A stretch of DNA of 64,000 nucleotides, from contig CAVYJM010000011.1 of NCBI GenBank assembly GCA_963768855.1, positions 224,001 through 288,000 on the forward strand, written 5' to 3'. The notes under the pieces were generated by a model that saw only the letters and a program-made list of their open reading frames with translations, was not told the origin of the DNA and did not search any database. Numbering within the stretch: the stretch's first letter is position 1; every line of letters begins with the position of its first letter. The position numbers were made by a program, and so were the translations under genes. Shown one piece after another: positions 27,955 through 37,677 of the stretch. Origin of the DNA: an uncultured Thermoplasmata archaeon. GTDB taxonomy: Archaea > Thermoplasmatota > Thermoplasmata > RBG-16-68-12.

Positions 27955-29321
27955 CTGGAGTCCGTATCGTTGGCGGTCACGCAGCGAAGGGAGTGGCCGA
28001 CTTCTTCATTAGAACGGAGGTGGAGGGGATTCGCAATGAATCGAGGATGAAAGTCGATTTTGGAGATCTGACTCGTTACCTATCTGCACGAGACATGGAC
28101 TTGGCCAGCATTGCCGCAGGGTTGTTCGAATGTGAGGGGTTGTTGAGGAACGAGCTAGTCAGTCTCGATGACGGCTTGGAGATTGTCCTATGCCAAGGGG
28201 GCCTAAGGAACGAGGAATTGTGTCGAACCCTCACCGATCTTCTCTCATTCACCCTGCGTCAACGACCCCACCTCGAACTTCTTCCGGCCAAGAAGGCCTG
28301 CGCTGCCGGATCGGGCACAGCCGAAACATCCTTGCGGAGTGTGTGCCTCTTTTCAGGCGGAATAGACAGTTTAGCAGGGATCCTGAGGGTTCAACGGGAT
28401 CTCGCCCCCACGGCGGGGATCTTCGTCTCGCACAGCAACAGCATGCTCGGCTGCGTGAACAATCTCCAGAGGGACTTTCTCAATGCAAAAGAATTTCCAA
28501 TTCACAGAGTGAGTATTCAGGACGGCCGTCTTGGTCTTCAGCAGATGAGGGGGTTTACGTACCTAGCAATCGCAGCCGTCGTGGCCAAGATGCACGGAAC
28601 AAACAACATCGTGGTTTCCGAGACAGGTCAAACCATGTTCCTGCCGCCCTTCGCAGCGCTCGACGAGATAACCATGACAACGCATCCGACGCTGATTGGA
28701 ATCACCAAGTCCGTGCTGCACGAATGCCTTGGAATCGACTTCAGTGTCTTCGAGCCATTTTCGAATCTGACCAAGGCAGAGGTTGTCTCCCTTTGTGAGA
28801 TGAAGGAAGCTATCCCCGCGACAAACTCGTGCAGGACGAGCCGCTGGGCCAGACAACGGTACTCACACTGCGGCACCTGCTATGGTTGTCTCGTTAGAAG
28901 GGTCGGATGTCTCGTTGCTGGGGTGAAGGATGCCCACTACGCAAGGGATGTTCTCGTCGAGGGCGTAGGACGGAAGGCGCTGGGGCGGCGGCCGGGCGAA
29001 ACCATCCAACCGCATAACCTCGCTGATCTCCAGGCATTGCTGAGGTTCGCGAGAGACGTGTTGGAGGATGAGCTCGATGAGACAACGCGTTTCAAGATTG
29101 AAGCGTTCAAGAAGGAAGACCTCTACAAGCGAGCCGCGCTCGACGTGCTGGTCGGAACATACCTGTTGTACGATGAGACCAAGCAAGGTCACAATCCCCT
29201 GGTTCGGAAGTTCTACGAGGAATGCAAAAACGACGGGTTGGTTAGCTCGGACACCGCCAACAATCGAATTGCGGAAGTCCGCGACCAAAGACGTCAGCCT
29301 GACTTTGACACGAAGCTTTGA
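27951..29321 (+). CDS. QueC-like PP-loop ATPase (QatC/Cap9-type)
   Basis: LFSGGIDS, QQMRGFTY, SETG...TTHP, PFSNLTKAEVV, TNSC, HCGTCYGCLVRR; 456 aa with N-terminal extension as in defence QueC homologues. Confidence 0.85.
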   Translation: MTGVRIVGGHAAKGVADFFIRTEVEGIRNESRMKVDFGDLTRYLSARDMDLASIAAGLFECEGLLRNELVSLDDGLEIVLCQGGLRNEELCRTLTDLLSFTLRQRPHLELLPAKKACAAGSGTAETSLRSVCLFSGGIDSLAGILRVQRDLAPTAGIFVSHSNSMLGCVNNLQRDFLNAKEFPIHRVSIQDGRLGLQQMRGFTYLAIAAVVAKMHGTNNIVVSETGQTMFLPPFAALDEITMTTHPTLIGITKSVLHECLGIDFSVFEPFSNLTKAEVVSLCEMKEAIPATNSCRTSRWARQRYSHCGTCYGCLVRRVGCLVAGVKDAHYARDVLVEGVGRKALGRRPGETIQPHNLADLQALLRFARDVLEDELDETTRFKIEAFKKEDLYKRAALDVLVGTYLLYDETKQGHNPLVRKFYEECKNDGLVSSDTANNRIAEVRDQRRQPDFDTKL

Positions 29322-29367
29322 GGGTATTGGACTGCAATCTTGCGAAGGGGAGGATGCCGAGGCTTCG

Positions 29368-29505
29368 GTGAGCGCCATTCGCGATTCGCACAGCCCGGAG
29401 GCGAAGGTCGTCCTTTTCAACGAGGGCGATCGGTATCGTCGGTTCAACCACGAGAGGTTCCGGGACCTCGTGGAGCGACTGAGAATGCGAGGAGTGCTTT
29501 GGTGA
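29368..29505 (+). CDS. Possible 45-aa ORF
   Basis: MSAIRDSHSPEAKVVLFNEGDRYRRFNHERFRDLVERLRMRGVLW; protein-like composition, no family recognised. Confidence 0.25.
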   Translation: MSAIRDSHSPEAKVVLFNEGDRYRRFNHERFRDLVERLRMRGVLW

Positions 29506-29625
29506 GGTATGGAAGAGGGACGAGCTGCTTCGTAACACGTTCCATTGCTGTCCGGATTCAGGCTTTCCACTCGTTTCATTCCCACGACAAGTCGTTATAG
29601 GGGGTTCGGACATTCGGAGGCAGAA

Positions 29626-30345
29626 ATGAGCGCGTCCTCGACGATAGAGTGGACGAACGCGACATGGAATCCGATAACTGGCTGCACCAAGGTTAGCCAG
29701 GGCTGTAAGCATTGCTACGCGGAGCGGTTTGCCGAGCGCTTCCGAGGCGTTCCAGGTCACCCCTATGAGCAGGGTTTCGACCTGCGCATGTGGCCTGACC
29801 GGTTGACTTTGCCTCTGCAATGGCCGGAGCCTAGGCGCATATTCGTGAACTCAATGAGCGATTTGTATCACGAGCGGGTCCCACTCGGTTTCATCACCGC
29901 TGTGTTTGACACTATGGTCCAAGCCCGGTGGCACACGTTTCAGATTCTCACGAAGAGGGCAACTCGTCTCGCGCAACTCGGTCCCACGCTGCCGTGGCAG
30001 TCCAACATATGGCAGGGGGTAAGCATCGAAAACATGGATGTGGCCTGGAGGGCAGACGAACTCCGGAAGGTTCCAGCCGAAGTACGATTCCTGTCGCTCG
30101 AACCGCTGTTGGGACCCCTTGACTACCTGGACCTGACCGGAATCCAATGGGTGATCGTAGGCGGGGAAAGCGGGCCGGGCGCGAGACCGATGAAGAAGCA
30201 GTGGATCAGGTCACTTCGCGACCGGTGTCGTCGAGAGGCAGTACCTTTCTTCTTTAAGCAGTGGGGCGGGCCGATCAAGAGTCGGACCGGTCGGATACTA
30301 GATGGAAAGACGTGGGACGAGATGCCTTCCGTGAATGCCTTCTGA
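29626..30345 (+). CDS. DUF5131 (phage Gp37/Gp68) three-Cys radical-SAM-like protein
   Basis: IEWTNATWNPITGCTKVSQGCKHCYA, FVNSMSDLYH, FQILTKR, SLEPLLG, WVIVGGESG, FFFKQWGG. Confidence 0.92.
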   Translation: MSASSTIEWTNATWNPITGCTKVSQGCKHCYAERFAERFRGVPGHPYEQGFDLRMWPDRLTLPLQWPEPRRIFVNSMSDLYHERVPLGFITAVFDTMVQARWHTFQILTKRATRLAQLGPTLPWQSNIWQGVSIENMDVAWRADELRKVPAEVRFLSLEPLLGPLDYLDLTGIQWVIVGGESGPGARPMKKQWIRSLRDRCRREAVPFFFKQWGGPIKSRTGRILDGKTWDEMPSVNAF

Positions 30346-31336
30346 CCTATCTGAGGACCTGCCGGTCGACAAAGTCGCAATTCACACTCGTCAGAAACAT
30401 GCCCTGCTGGAGGCATACCTCAGGGTTTGGACTCAGAATGTTGCGACCAACTGGGGACCGGATTCACCGAGCCTAGACATCTACGACCTGTTCGCGGGTA
30501 CCGGGCAGTGTGTTGAGCGTGAGTATCGAAAGGACCGCTGGCCGGGGACTGCCATTGTGTCGGCTGAGCAACTCAAGGTCTACCCAAGCAGGAGGAAATG
30601 CGTCCTGTTCCTGAATTCGTGGGCGGAGGACCCGATTGAGTGTTCGCGTAATCTCGATGCGCTCGTGCAACGGGTCCAGGCAACTGGCCTGGAGCGGCCC
30701 AATCGAAAAGTCAGACTGATCTCTGAGGAACTGGCTGCCGCTTTGCCAATCGCCCTAGAGGTCCAGTCTCCAAGGAGGAACTATCCGAGCCTGTGGATAT
30801 TGGACCCTTATGCAGCATCTGACTTGCCCTGGGAAGCTGTAGAGCTGATTGCGAACCAAGTCGGGACATACACGACCAAAGCCGGTGACTCAGTGAGTCG
30901 TCGCCCGGAACTCTTCATCAACTTCATGACCAGCTCACTACAACGAAACATCCACAACCTGCCCATGGTGACCCGTGCGCTCGGCTGTTCCGCGCCGGAA
31001 TGGGAGGATCATCTCCGCGAGGTGGAATCGTCAGGCGGGACATCCCTCGATGCTCTCACGACGTTCTATTTCTCCCAGCTGCAGGAACTCTATAGCCGGG
31101 ACCCGGAGGCCACGACGATCACGGGGAAAGACGGAAACCCTGTCTCGGTGGTGTTCCTCGCCGTCGAGCGGCCGGCTGCCTGGTACTCAATTAGGAGGGA
31201 ATCCATCCCTCGCTTCGAAGACTGGCGGGAGCACAAGTACGAACCTCGGAAGGAATGGGTCCGCAGGAGGCACAAGATTGACCGCAACATGCCGAAGGGG
31301 CAGAAACAAACCGAACTCGAAGACTCGTATACATAG
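30335..31336 (+). CDS. tcmP: Three-Cys-motif partner protein TcmP (methyltransferase-like fold)
   Basis: TRQKHALLEAYL, YDLFAGTG, ILDPY, ELFINF; overlaps the DUF5131 stop. Confidence 0.8.
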   Translation: MPSDLSEDLPVDKVAIHTRQKHALLEAYLRVWTQNVATNWGPDSPSLDIYDLFAGTGQCVEREYRKDRWPGTAIVSAEQLKVYPSRRKCVLFLNSWAEDPIECSRNLDALVQRVQATGLERPNRKVRLISEELAAALPIALEVQSPRRNYPSLWILDPYAASDLPWEAVELIANQVGTYTTKAGDSVSRRPELFINFMTSSLQRNIHNLPMVTRALGCSAPEWEDHLREVESSGGTSLDALTTFYFSQLQELYSRDPEATTITGKDGNPVSVVFLAVERPAAWYSIRRESIPRFEDWREHKYEPRKEWVRRRHKIDRNMPKGQKQTELEDSYT

Positions 31337-31720
31337 GTCACGCCTCGCGCAGCTGATGCTGCAAGGACACTGCTTGTGAATAGGGTCGGGGTCAGTCGTC
31401 GCTGCTGAATGCCCCGGCGACGGCGCTAACTACTGCACCGACTAGCGCCCCAATTGGCCCGCCGATGAAGAAGCCAATCGTCAGGCCGGGCACAGCGAAG
31501 AGCACCACTTTGTAGGCCATGTGAGCAGGATTTCCTAGTCACTTTAACTGGTGTTTCCATGGGTGAGTGAAAGTACTCGCCTGCTGAGCTATTGCTGGTG
31601 ACCCTGACGGCGGGGTGTCGGACCTTGCTGCCCCCACAGCGAGTCTCCGCTGTACTCCTTACAATCGGTACGTGGATTTCATCGCCCCGCAAGTGTTGCC
31701 TGACCGTGGGTTGAGGAAGG

Positions 31721-31948
31721 ATGCCTAGAATCTTCGGACCGATTGGTATCTCTCGAAGGGGAAAACTCTATTTCTCCTTTGGCTCGCTCTTCAGGAGCGC
31801 CTTCAAACCACCGCGTAAGTCGAAGCCTTATCGAGCGCGGTGCGCGGCTTTCACCAAGAATGGCAACCCTTGCAGGAACTATGCCTCGATTGGAGCTTTT
31901 TGCCGTATTCATGCAAGTAACTTCGCTTCGGGTTTTCGCGAGCGATAG
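31721..31948 (+). CDS. Small basic C3H zinc-finger protein (DUF5763-like)
   Basis: RCAAFTKNGNPCRNYASIGAFCRIH. Confidence 0.6.
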   Translation: MPRIFGPIGISRRGKLYFSFGSLFRSAFKPPRKSKPYRARCAAFTKNGNPCRNYASIGAFCRIHASNFASGFRER

Positions 31949-32137
31949 CCTCCTTCGGAGGCCGCCCGAGCAGCACCACAGGAGAACGGTGCCCGCTCTT
32001 GCGGGCGGGCGTGAAGGGGACCGACTCACCGGGATTCCTGCGCTACCCTTTTACCTACCCGCGAAGGTACAGCGTCCAGGGCGTGCTACCCTGAGTGCAA
32101 AAGGTTGGCCGTTTCATCCGAAGAACTTTGCTATCAT

Positions 32138-32939
32138 CATGGCGATTGTGTTCTTCGGGCTCCTCGTCGTCACAAGCTACATCGAGTCGGGTCTGCCGGC
32201 ACAACCAGCATGGTATCTGACAGTGACCGCGATACTCGGCGTTCTCGGCGGTTCTTGCTTCACTGCATGGCTGAGCATGAGCATCTACGAGTTCATCAGC
32301 AACCAAGGGCAGGAACGCGGATACAAGCGCGAGTTCGATGTTGACCTCACGAAGAACCTGTACGGTCCGCTCTACGATGAGCTGATGATCGCCCGCATCG
32401 GAATCACGTACAATTTCGAATTGCGAGAGCTACCTCAACTAGACTCGCTCAAATGGAAGTACCTGAGGCTGCTGGTGCCAGAGAGCCTGCTGGATAAGCG
32501 CGAGAGGTTGACCAGCCTGGCGGCTTCGTACAGGCAAAGTTTCGGCAGAACTGGCTACGCCCTTGATGTTAGGGGCGCCCAGCTCGCCACGGCCTTCGTT
32601 GAGCGCCTGGGAGGTAGCATGAACGTTGAGTCCTTTTCAGGGCAGAAGGACAGGTTGCAGGGCGGAGAGTGGCGGGCAGCTCTTGGTTCCGAGAGCCTTG
32701 AGGCAAACCTTGACAGGTTATGTGGCGCGGTTGGTTCGGCAACAAAGCCTGCATCACAGAACGAGGCGAGCCAACTGGCGGGTGAATTCAAGCGGGATTT
32801 CACAGACGCGATAAAGAGCGACCCAGCTGCCGTCGCGCTGATCGGACTCCGTGGGGAGCTGGACGCCCTAGCTTCGGAAGTGATAACCCAATTGAAGCCG
32901 CTAATCCAGACCCCCTACCTCGGAGAGCAAGCGAGCTAG
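32138..32939 (+). CDS. Hypothetical protein with two N-terminal TM helices and helical soluble domain
   Basis: MAIVFFGLLVV... and WYLTVTAILGVLGG...; start uncertain. Confidence 0.55.
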
Positions 32940-32964
32940 TCGCGACCGTTGGGAAACAGGGAAG

Positions 32965-32986
32965 TGCCCGCCCCGAAGGGCGGGCA
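32965..32986. terminator. GC-rich hairpin, possible terminator
   Basis: TGCCCGCCC-CGAA-GGGCGGGCA, perfect 9-bp stem just after the stop at 32939. Confidence 0.45.
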
Positions 32987-33493
32987 TGAACCGGGCGTCC
33001 GATCAGGCTTTGAGAAGCCGGGCGGTCTGCTGGAGCTCCTTGGCGTCTACCTTCCAGGCCTCAGAAGCCATCGGGAAGCCCGAGCCTTCAGCCGGGCCTG
33101 CTTGGCCTCCTCGCGAAGCTGCTTGGCCATCTTGCGGCTCGCGTGGCCGTTGTTCCCTGGCGCTTGCTGACGCTGGTTGGTTTGTTTTGGCATGTCTTCA
33201 CCACGCTAGGCCATCAGAGCCTAGCCTGGGAGGTACGAGGGAAACCCCACATGTGGCGAGCGACCACGGACTAACAAGCGGGGAGCCCATCCTGGCTGGG
33301 GTGTCCTACCGATTATATCGTCGGCTAACCCGATGGTGTAAAGCCTTACTCCTCGGGTGAACGAAGGGCCAACATCCCCACCCGCGCGGGTGGGCGTGAG
33401 GGGAGCAAGACCGGGACTGGACGAAGCCCCACCAAGGGGTCAAGACGACCGGTTCCGCTTCGTGAGGCGCTGCTGTTAAGATTCGAACCGGTT

Positions 33494-33517
33494 CCGGTTC
33501 GAATCCGGTCGAGCCCA
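33494..33517 (+). repeat. attR (duplicated tRNA-Val 3' end)
   Basis: 24-bp identity with 12530-12553. Confidence 0.92.
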
Positions 33518-33550
33518 TCCGTCCCTTTTTCGAGCGGCCCTCGCGCCCGC

Positions 33551-35035
33551 TCAGTCCCCCCCGCGGGGGCGCTCCCGCACGAGGGAGACCAGGAGCGCGC
33601 TCGCGAGGAGGATTCCCGCGTTGAGAGCGAGGGCGAGGGTCCACGTGCCCGTCGTCTGGCGGAGGACGCCTCCGACGACCGGGGAGAGAACGGCGCCGAT
33701 CTCGGCAACCAGGTTCCACGCCCCGAACGCCTGGGCCTGGAGCGCGAGCGGGGCGAGGTCCGAGGTCATTGCCATGTGGACGGTCTGCATCGCCGCGAAG
33801 GGCAGCCCGATCGCGAACAGGAGCCCTCCCAGCACGAAGAGGTTGGAGGAGCCCATGTGGACGTACGCCGCGAGGGCGGCCACGAGCAGGGCGGTCGCGC
33901 CGCCAAGGATCACGCACAGGCGGCGCCGCCCGAGGCCCCGCATGAACGACCGGTCGGCGATCCAGCCGCCGAGAGGATAGCCGATGCCGTTCGCGATCCC
34001 GAACGCCCCGGCGAACGCCCACCCGATCACCGGCGCGGTGTTCGCGGTCTCGCTGAGGATCTGTCCTGACCAGAAGCCGAACAGCCACAGGGTCCAGAGG
34101 ATCGCGATTGCCGAGACGTACATCAGGAGGAGGTTGCGGTCCTTCAGGACCGGAGCGGATTCCCGTCCGAGCCGGACATAGATTAGCGCGATCAGGGCGA
34201 AGGCGACCGCGATCACGGCCACGGCCTGGAGGACGCGCGCGAACCCGAGTCCGGCGTCCCCGGCCAGGACGAGCGGCTCCGTGAGGACGTACGTTCCCAG
34301 GAGGATCGCGAGGAAGACGGCCGAGATCCCCGCGAGGCGCGCAGCCGCTGCAAACAGGCGCGTGCGCTCCCGGAGGGCCGCGTCGGTCGGATTCGTGACG
34401 TCGTCCACGCGCACGATCCGGAGGAAGAGGAGCCCGACGGCCGCCGTGGGCACGGCAAAGAGCAGGAACACCGCGCGCCACGCGGCATCCGCTCCCCACA
34501 GGGAGGCGGCCCAATCGAGTATCGGAACCGTCCAGATCGTCGCAAGCGTCAGTCCCGTGGCGAGGCCAACGAAGACGATGCCCATGCCGAGCGCCCTCTT
34601 CGCCTCCGGGGTCACGAGGCGCACGAGGGCGCGATCGTTCGAGTAGTAGGCCCCCTCTCCGAGCCCCGTGGCCACCCGGAGCCCGACGAAGCTCAGGACG
34701 GAGCCCGCCGCCGCCGAGGCCGCGGTCGCGAGTGCGGACCAGAGGGTCGAGATCACGATCATCACCTTGCGTCCGTAGCGGTCACCCAGGTATCCCGCGG
34801 GGAATTGGGTGAGCATGTAACCCGCGAAGAACATGGAGCCGATGATGCCCCCCAGCGCGTAGGGGTAGCCCGTCGCCAGGAAGCCCACCCGGTTCGCGAT
34901 CATCCAGCTGACGATGGGCCCGGTGATCGTCCGGTCCGCGTAGGCCACGGTCCACGCGAGGAACAGGAGGATCCACACGCGCCGGTATGGCGTCGGAGCG
35001 CGGTGGTTTCTAGGACTCGACTCGGTAGCGGTCAA
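33551..35035 (-). CDS. MFS transporter
   Basis: YADRT, GYLGDRYGRK, GLGEGAYY, GWIADR; about 12 TM. Confidence 0.88.
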   Translation of the reverse strand: MTATESSPRNHRAPTPYRRVWILLFLAWTVAYADRTITGPIVSWMIANRVGFLATGYPYALGGIIGSMFFAGYMLTQFPAGYLGDRYGRKVMIVISTLWSALATAASAAAGSVLSFVGLRVATGLGEGAYYSNDRALVRLVTPEAKRALGMGIVFVGLATGLTLATIWTVPILDWAASLWGADAAWRAVFLLFAVPTAAVGLLFLRIVRVDDVTNPTDAALRERTRLFAAAARLAGISAVFLAILLGTYVLTEPLVLAGDAGLGFARVLQAVAVIAVAFALIALIYVRLGRESAPVLKDRNLLLMYVSAIAILWTLWLFGFWSGQILSETANTAPVIGWAFAGAFGIANGIGYPLGGWIADRSFMRGLGRRRLCVILGGATALLVAALAAYVHMGSSNLFVLGGLLFAIGLPFAAMQTVHMAMTSDLAPLALQAQAFGAWNLVAEIGAVLSPVVGGVLRQTTGTWTLALALNAGILLASALLVSLVRERPRGGD

Positions 35036-35156
35036 GAGCGTCGCCTCTCAACCGCTTCCTGGATTGGCGGGCTGGAAGCAGGCGAACAATGCCCGAGGAG
35101 CGCAGCTCCCTGAGGCGGGAGGACGCGGCCGTCGTTTTAGCTTTGCGGTCCAACCG

Positions 35157-37070
35157 TCATGCGAGGTGCGTTTCGAACCAGCGCAGGTAGGCTTTGAGCC
35201 GCGCGATTCGGTGTTTCGGCTTCCCCGCACGGGAGAGGTCGTGGTTCTCCTTAGGGAACAGGACCATCTCCGCCTCCTTGCCGTAGTACTTCAGGGCGGT
35301 GAAGAACTGGACCGCCTCGACGTGCCAGCAGCGGTAGTCCTCGAAGGAATGCACGAGGAGGACGGGCGTCGTCACGTTCTTGACATACCGCAGCGGGGAC
35401 TTCGCGTTCGTCGCCGCCTCGTCGTCCCACGGGTCGGTGCCGATCTGGTCGCGGGTGAAGTGGGGGCCGATGTCGCTCGTGCCCCAGAACGTCCACCAGC
35501 TCGAGATGGACCGATCCGTGACGGCGGCTCGGAAGCGGTCCGTCTGCGTCACGACCCAGTTCGTCATGAACCCGCCGTACGAGCCGCCCGCGACCGCGAG
35601 CCTCGACCCGTCCACGAAGGGATAGTGCGCGATCGCATGGTCGACTGCCTCCATGAGGTCCTGGTAGTCCCGCTCCCCGTAGCGCTTGCGAATGTCCGCG
35701 AACCCTTCCGTGTATCCGTCGCTGCCGCGGGGGTTCGTGTAGAGGACCGCGTACCCCTTGGCCGCGAACACCTGGAACTCGTGGAGGTACGTGTACCCGA
35801 AGGCGGTTTTGGGCCCGCCGTGGACGTACAGGATCGTCGGGAGCTTGCCTTCCTTCCGCGGCTTGAGGATCCATCCCTCGACGGTCACCCCGTCGCTCGC
35901 CTGGAACGTGAATCGCTCGGGCGCCAGGAGCTCGAGATCCGTCCCGGCCTTCTCGTTGAACGCGGTGAGCGTCCTCACCTTTCCGTCGAACGCATACAGC
36001 TCCGGGAGCCGCACGCGCTCCATCGCGGTGAAGACCACCGTCCCGCCGTGGACCTGGAAGGACTCCACGCTCCGCTCTCCTCCGAGGACGACCTCTGAAT
36101 GGCGGTCCGAGGGGCGGATCGCCTGCAGGTGGACCGCGCCGCCCTCGGCCACCGCGAAGTAGATGCGGTCGCCGACCCACTTCGGCTCCGTGTTCATGCC
36201 GCCCATGCGAACGTCGCAGTTCAGCCCGTTGCTCACGTTCCGGTCCAGCTGGTCGAGACGCTCGGGGGTCCCGCCGGCCGCGTCGATCCACCACACGTGC
36301 TCGTGGGACGCGAATCCATGCGGGAGGTCGTCGCCCGTGAAGGCGAGCTTCCGGTCGTCGGGCGACCAAGCGACGCCGCCGATCTCCATCGTGTGCTTCG
36401 TGAGCTGCTTCGCGACGCCCGTGGCCACGTCGAAGACGAACAGGTCTTGGAGGTAGGGGCGCAGGTTCTCCGTCGAGGCCGTGTAGGCGATCCGCCCACC
36501 GTCGCGGGACCAGTAGGCATGGATCACGTCGAACTCGCCCTGGGTCAGCTGCTTCATCTCGTTCGTCGCGAGGTCGAGGACGAAGACGTGCTTCCGCAGG
36601 TTGTAGATGAAGCCCTTGTCGTTGAACCAGAAGTTGATCCGGCGGATCGTCCGGACGTCCTCGTCGTCCGTCCCGACGTTCGACAGGAATAGGACACGCC
36701 TCCCGTCGGGGGACCAGGCGGGCGCCTCGATCCCCTCCTTGCGGCGGAGGAGGAGCTTCGCCTCGCCGCCGTCGACCGGGATCGCGTAGAGCCCGTTCCC
36801 CTTGTCGTCCTTCCCCATCTCCCGCCGCGAAGTGAACAGGATCCGCTTCCCGTCGGGCGAGAACCGGGGTCCCGAGTCCTTGCCCGCGGTCGTGAGCTGC
36901 CGCGGCGAGCCGCCCTTCAGGGGGACGAGCCAGAGGTTGCCTTCGTACTCGTCCTTCTCCAGGAGGGCGTGGTGCACCGAGATCGCGGCGAGCGTGCCGT
37001 CCGGGGAGAGGCTGGGCTCGGAGAGCATCGCGTACGCGGTGAGGTCTTCGGGTTCGATGGGGCGGGGCAT
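35157..37070 (-). CDS. S9 family peptidase (acylaminoacyl/dipeptidyl peptidase)
   Basis: WD40-like propeller repeats (FSPDG, WSPDG), HGGP, GGSYGG, HSFED, ENHDLSR. Confidence 0.92.
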   Translation of the reverse strand: MPRPIEPEDLTAYAMLSEPSLSPDGTLAAISVHHALLEKDEYEGNLWLVPLKGGSPRQLTTAGKDSGPRFSPDGKRILFTSRREMGKDDKGNGLYAIPVDGGEAKLLLRRKEGIEAPAWSPDGRRVLFLSNVGTDDEDVRTIRRINFWFNDKGFIYNLRKHVFVLDLATNEMKQLTQGEFDVIHAYWSRDGGRIAYTASTENLRPYLQDLFVFDVATGVAKQLTKHTMEIGGVAWSPDDRKLAFTGDDLPHGFASHEHVWWIDAAGGTPERLDQLDRNVSNGLNCDVRMGGMNTEPKWVGDRIYFAVAEGGAVHLQAIRPSDRHSEVVLGGERSVESFQVHGGTVVFTAMERVRLPELYAFDGKVRTLTAFNEKAGTDLELLAPERFTFQASDGVTVEGWILKPRKEGKLPTILYVHGGPKTAFGYTYLHEFQVFAAKGYAVLYTNPRGSDGYTEGFADIRKRYGERDYQDLMEAVDHAIAHYPFVDGSRLAVAGGSYGGFMTNWVVTQTDRFRAAVTDRSISSWWTFWGTSDIGPHFTRDQIGTDPWDDEAATNAKSPLRYVKNVTTPVLLVHSFEDYRCWHVEAVQFFTALKYYGKEAEMVLFPKENHDLSRAGKPKHRIARLKAYLRWFETHLA

Positions 37071-37170
37071 GGGTCCCGTCAGCGCTGGACCGGGTTTAAA
37101 CCTCGCGCGGTCCGAGGCCCACCTTTCGGGCGAGCGCAGAGTTCAAGCCCCTGACGGATTGCGGGGCTGC

Positions 37171-37677
37171 ATGGTCGTCGTATTCGGCATCGACATCTCG
37201 GAGGACATCCTCCTGAAGGTCGCGAGGATCACCGTCATCGGCGTCGGATCCATCCTGATCGCGACCTTCCTCCGGAGGCTGTTCAACCGCCTCCTGGGCA
37301 AGGCCCCAGAGCGGGCGGTCCGGGGCGTGAGCCGGGTGCTCCAGCTGATCGTCTACGTCATCGGCGCCCTCGCGATCCTCGCGACGCTGGACGTCGACGT
37401 GTCGTCCGTGGTCATCAGCCTCGGGGCCGCGAGCATCGCGGTATCGTTCGCCCTCAGCACCCTCATCAACAATCTGGTGGCAGGATTCCTGATCCAGGCG
37501 GACGGAACAGTTCGGGTGGGCGACAACGTCTCGTTCGGGGGCATCGAAGGACGCGTCGTCCGGATGCGGACGCGGGCGATGATGGTCGTCATGAAGGACG
37601 GCGGGATCGTGTTCGTCCCGAACGCGTACTTCATGTCGAACCCCGTCGTCAACCGGGGGCGCGACACGCAGCACTAG
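37171..37677 (+). CDS. Small MscS-family mechanosensitive channel
   Basis: SFALSTLINNLVAG, VRVGDNV, GRVVRM, VPNAYF. Confidence 0.8.
   Translation: MVVVFGIDISEDILLKVARITVIGVGSILIATFLRRLFNRLLGKAPERAVRGVSRVLQLIVYVIGALAILATLDVDVSSVVISLGAASIAVSFALSTLINNLVAGFLIQADGTVRVGDNVSFGGIEGRVVRMRTRAMMVVMKDGGIVFVPNAYFMSNPVVNRGRDTQH

Larger units (their letters stand above)
12530..33517. mobile_element. tRNA-Val-integrated genomic island (~21 kb) with integrase, resolvase, nickel-uptake and defence cargo
   Basis: Identical 24-bp direct repeats CCGGTTCGAATCCGGTCGAGCCCA at both ends; integrase adjacent to the tRNA; visibly lower GC in 21.6-33.4 kb. Confidence 0.92.

Noticed and set aside
27212-29321. Canonical QatABCD or type IV CBASS call
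   Set aside because: No KAP NTPase (QatA), TatD (QatD) or CD-NTase is visible in the island; reported as a variant instead.
33000-33194. Two short overlapping minus-strand ORFs (MPKQTNQ...; MASEAWKVDAKELQQTARLLKA), possibly a frameshifted gene
   Set aside because: Too short and no recognisable family; cannot be supported.
33377-33394. Perfect 18-bp palindrome CCCACCCGCGCGGGTGGG near attR
   Set aside because: Single GC-rich occurrence with no supporting context.
33494-33517. Second tRNA gene
   Set aside because: Only the T-arm and 3' acceptor strand are present; it is attR.
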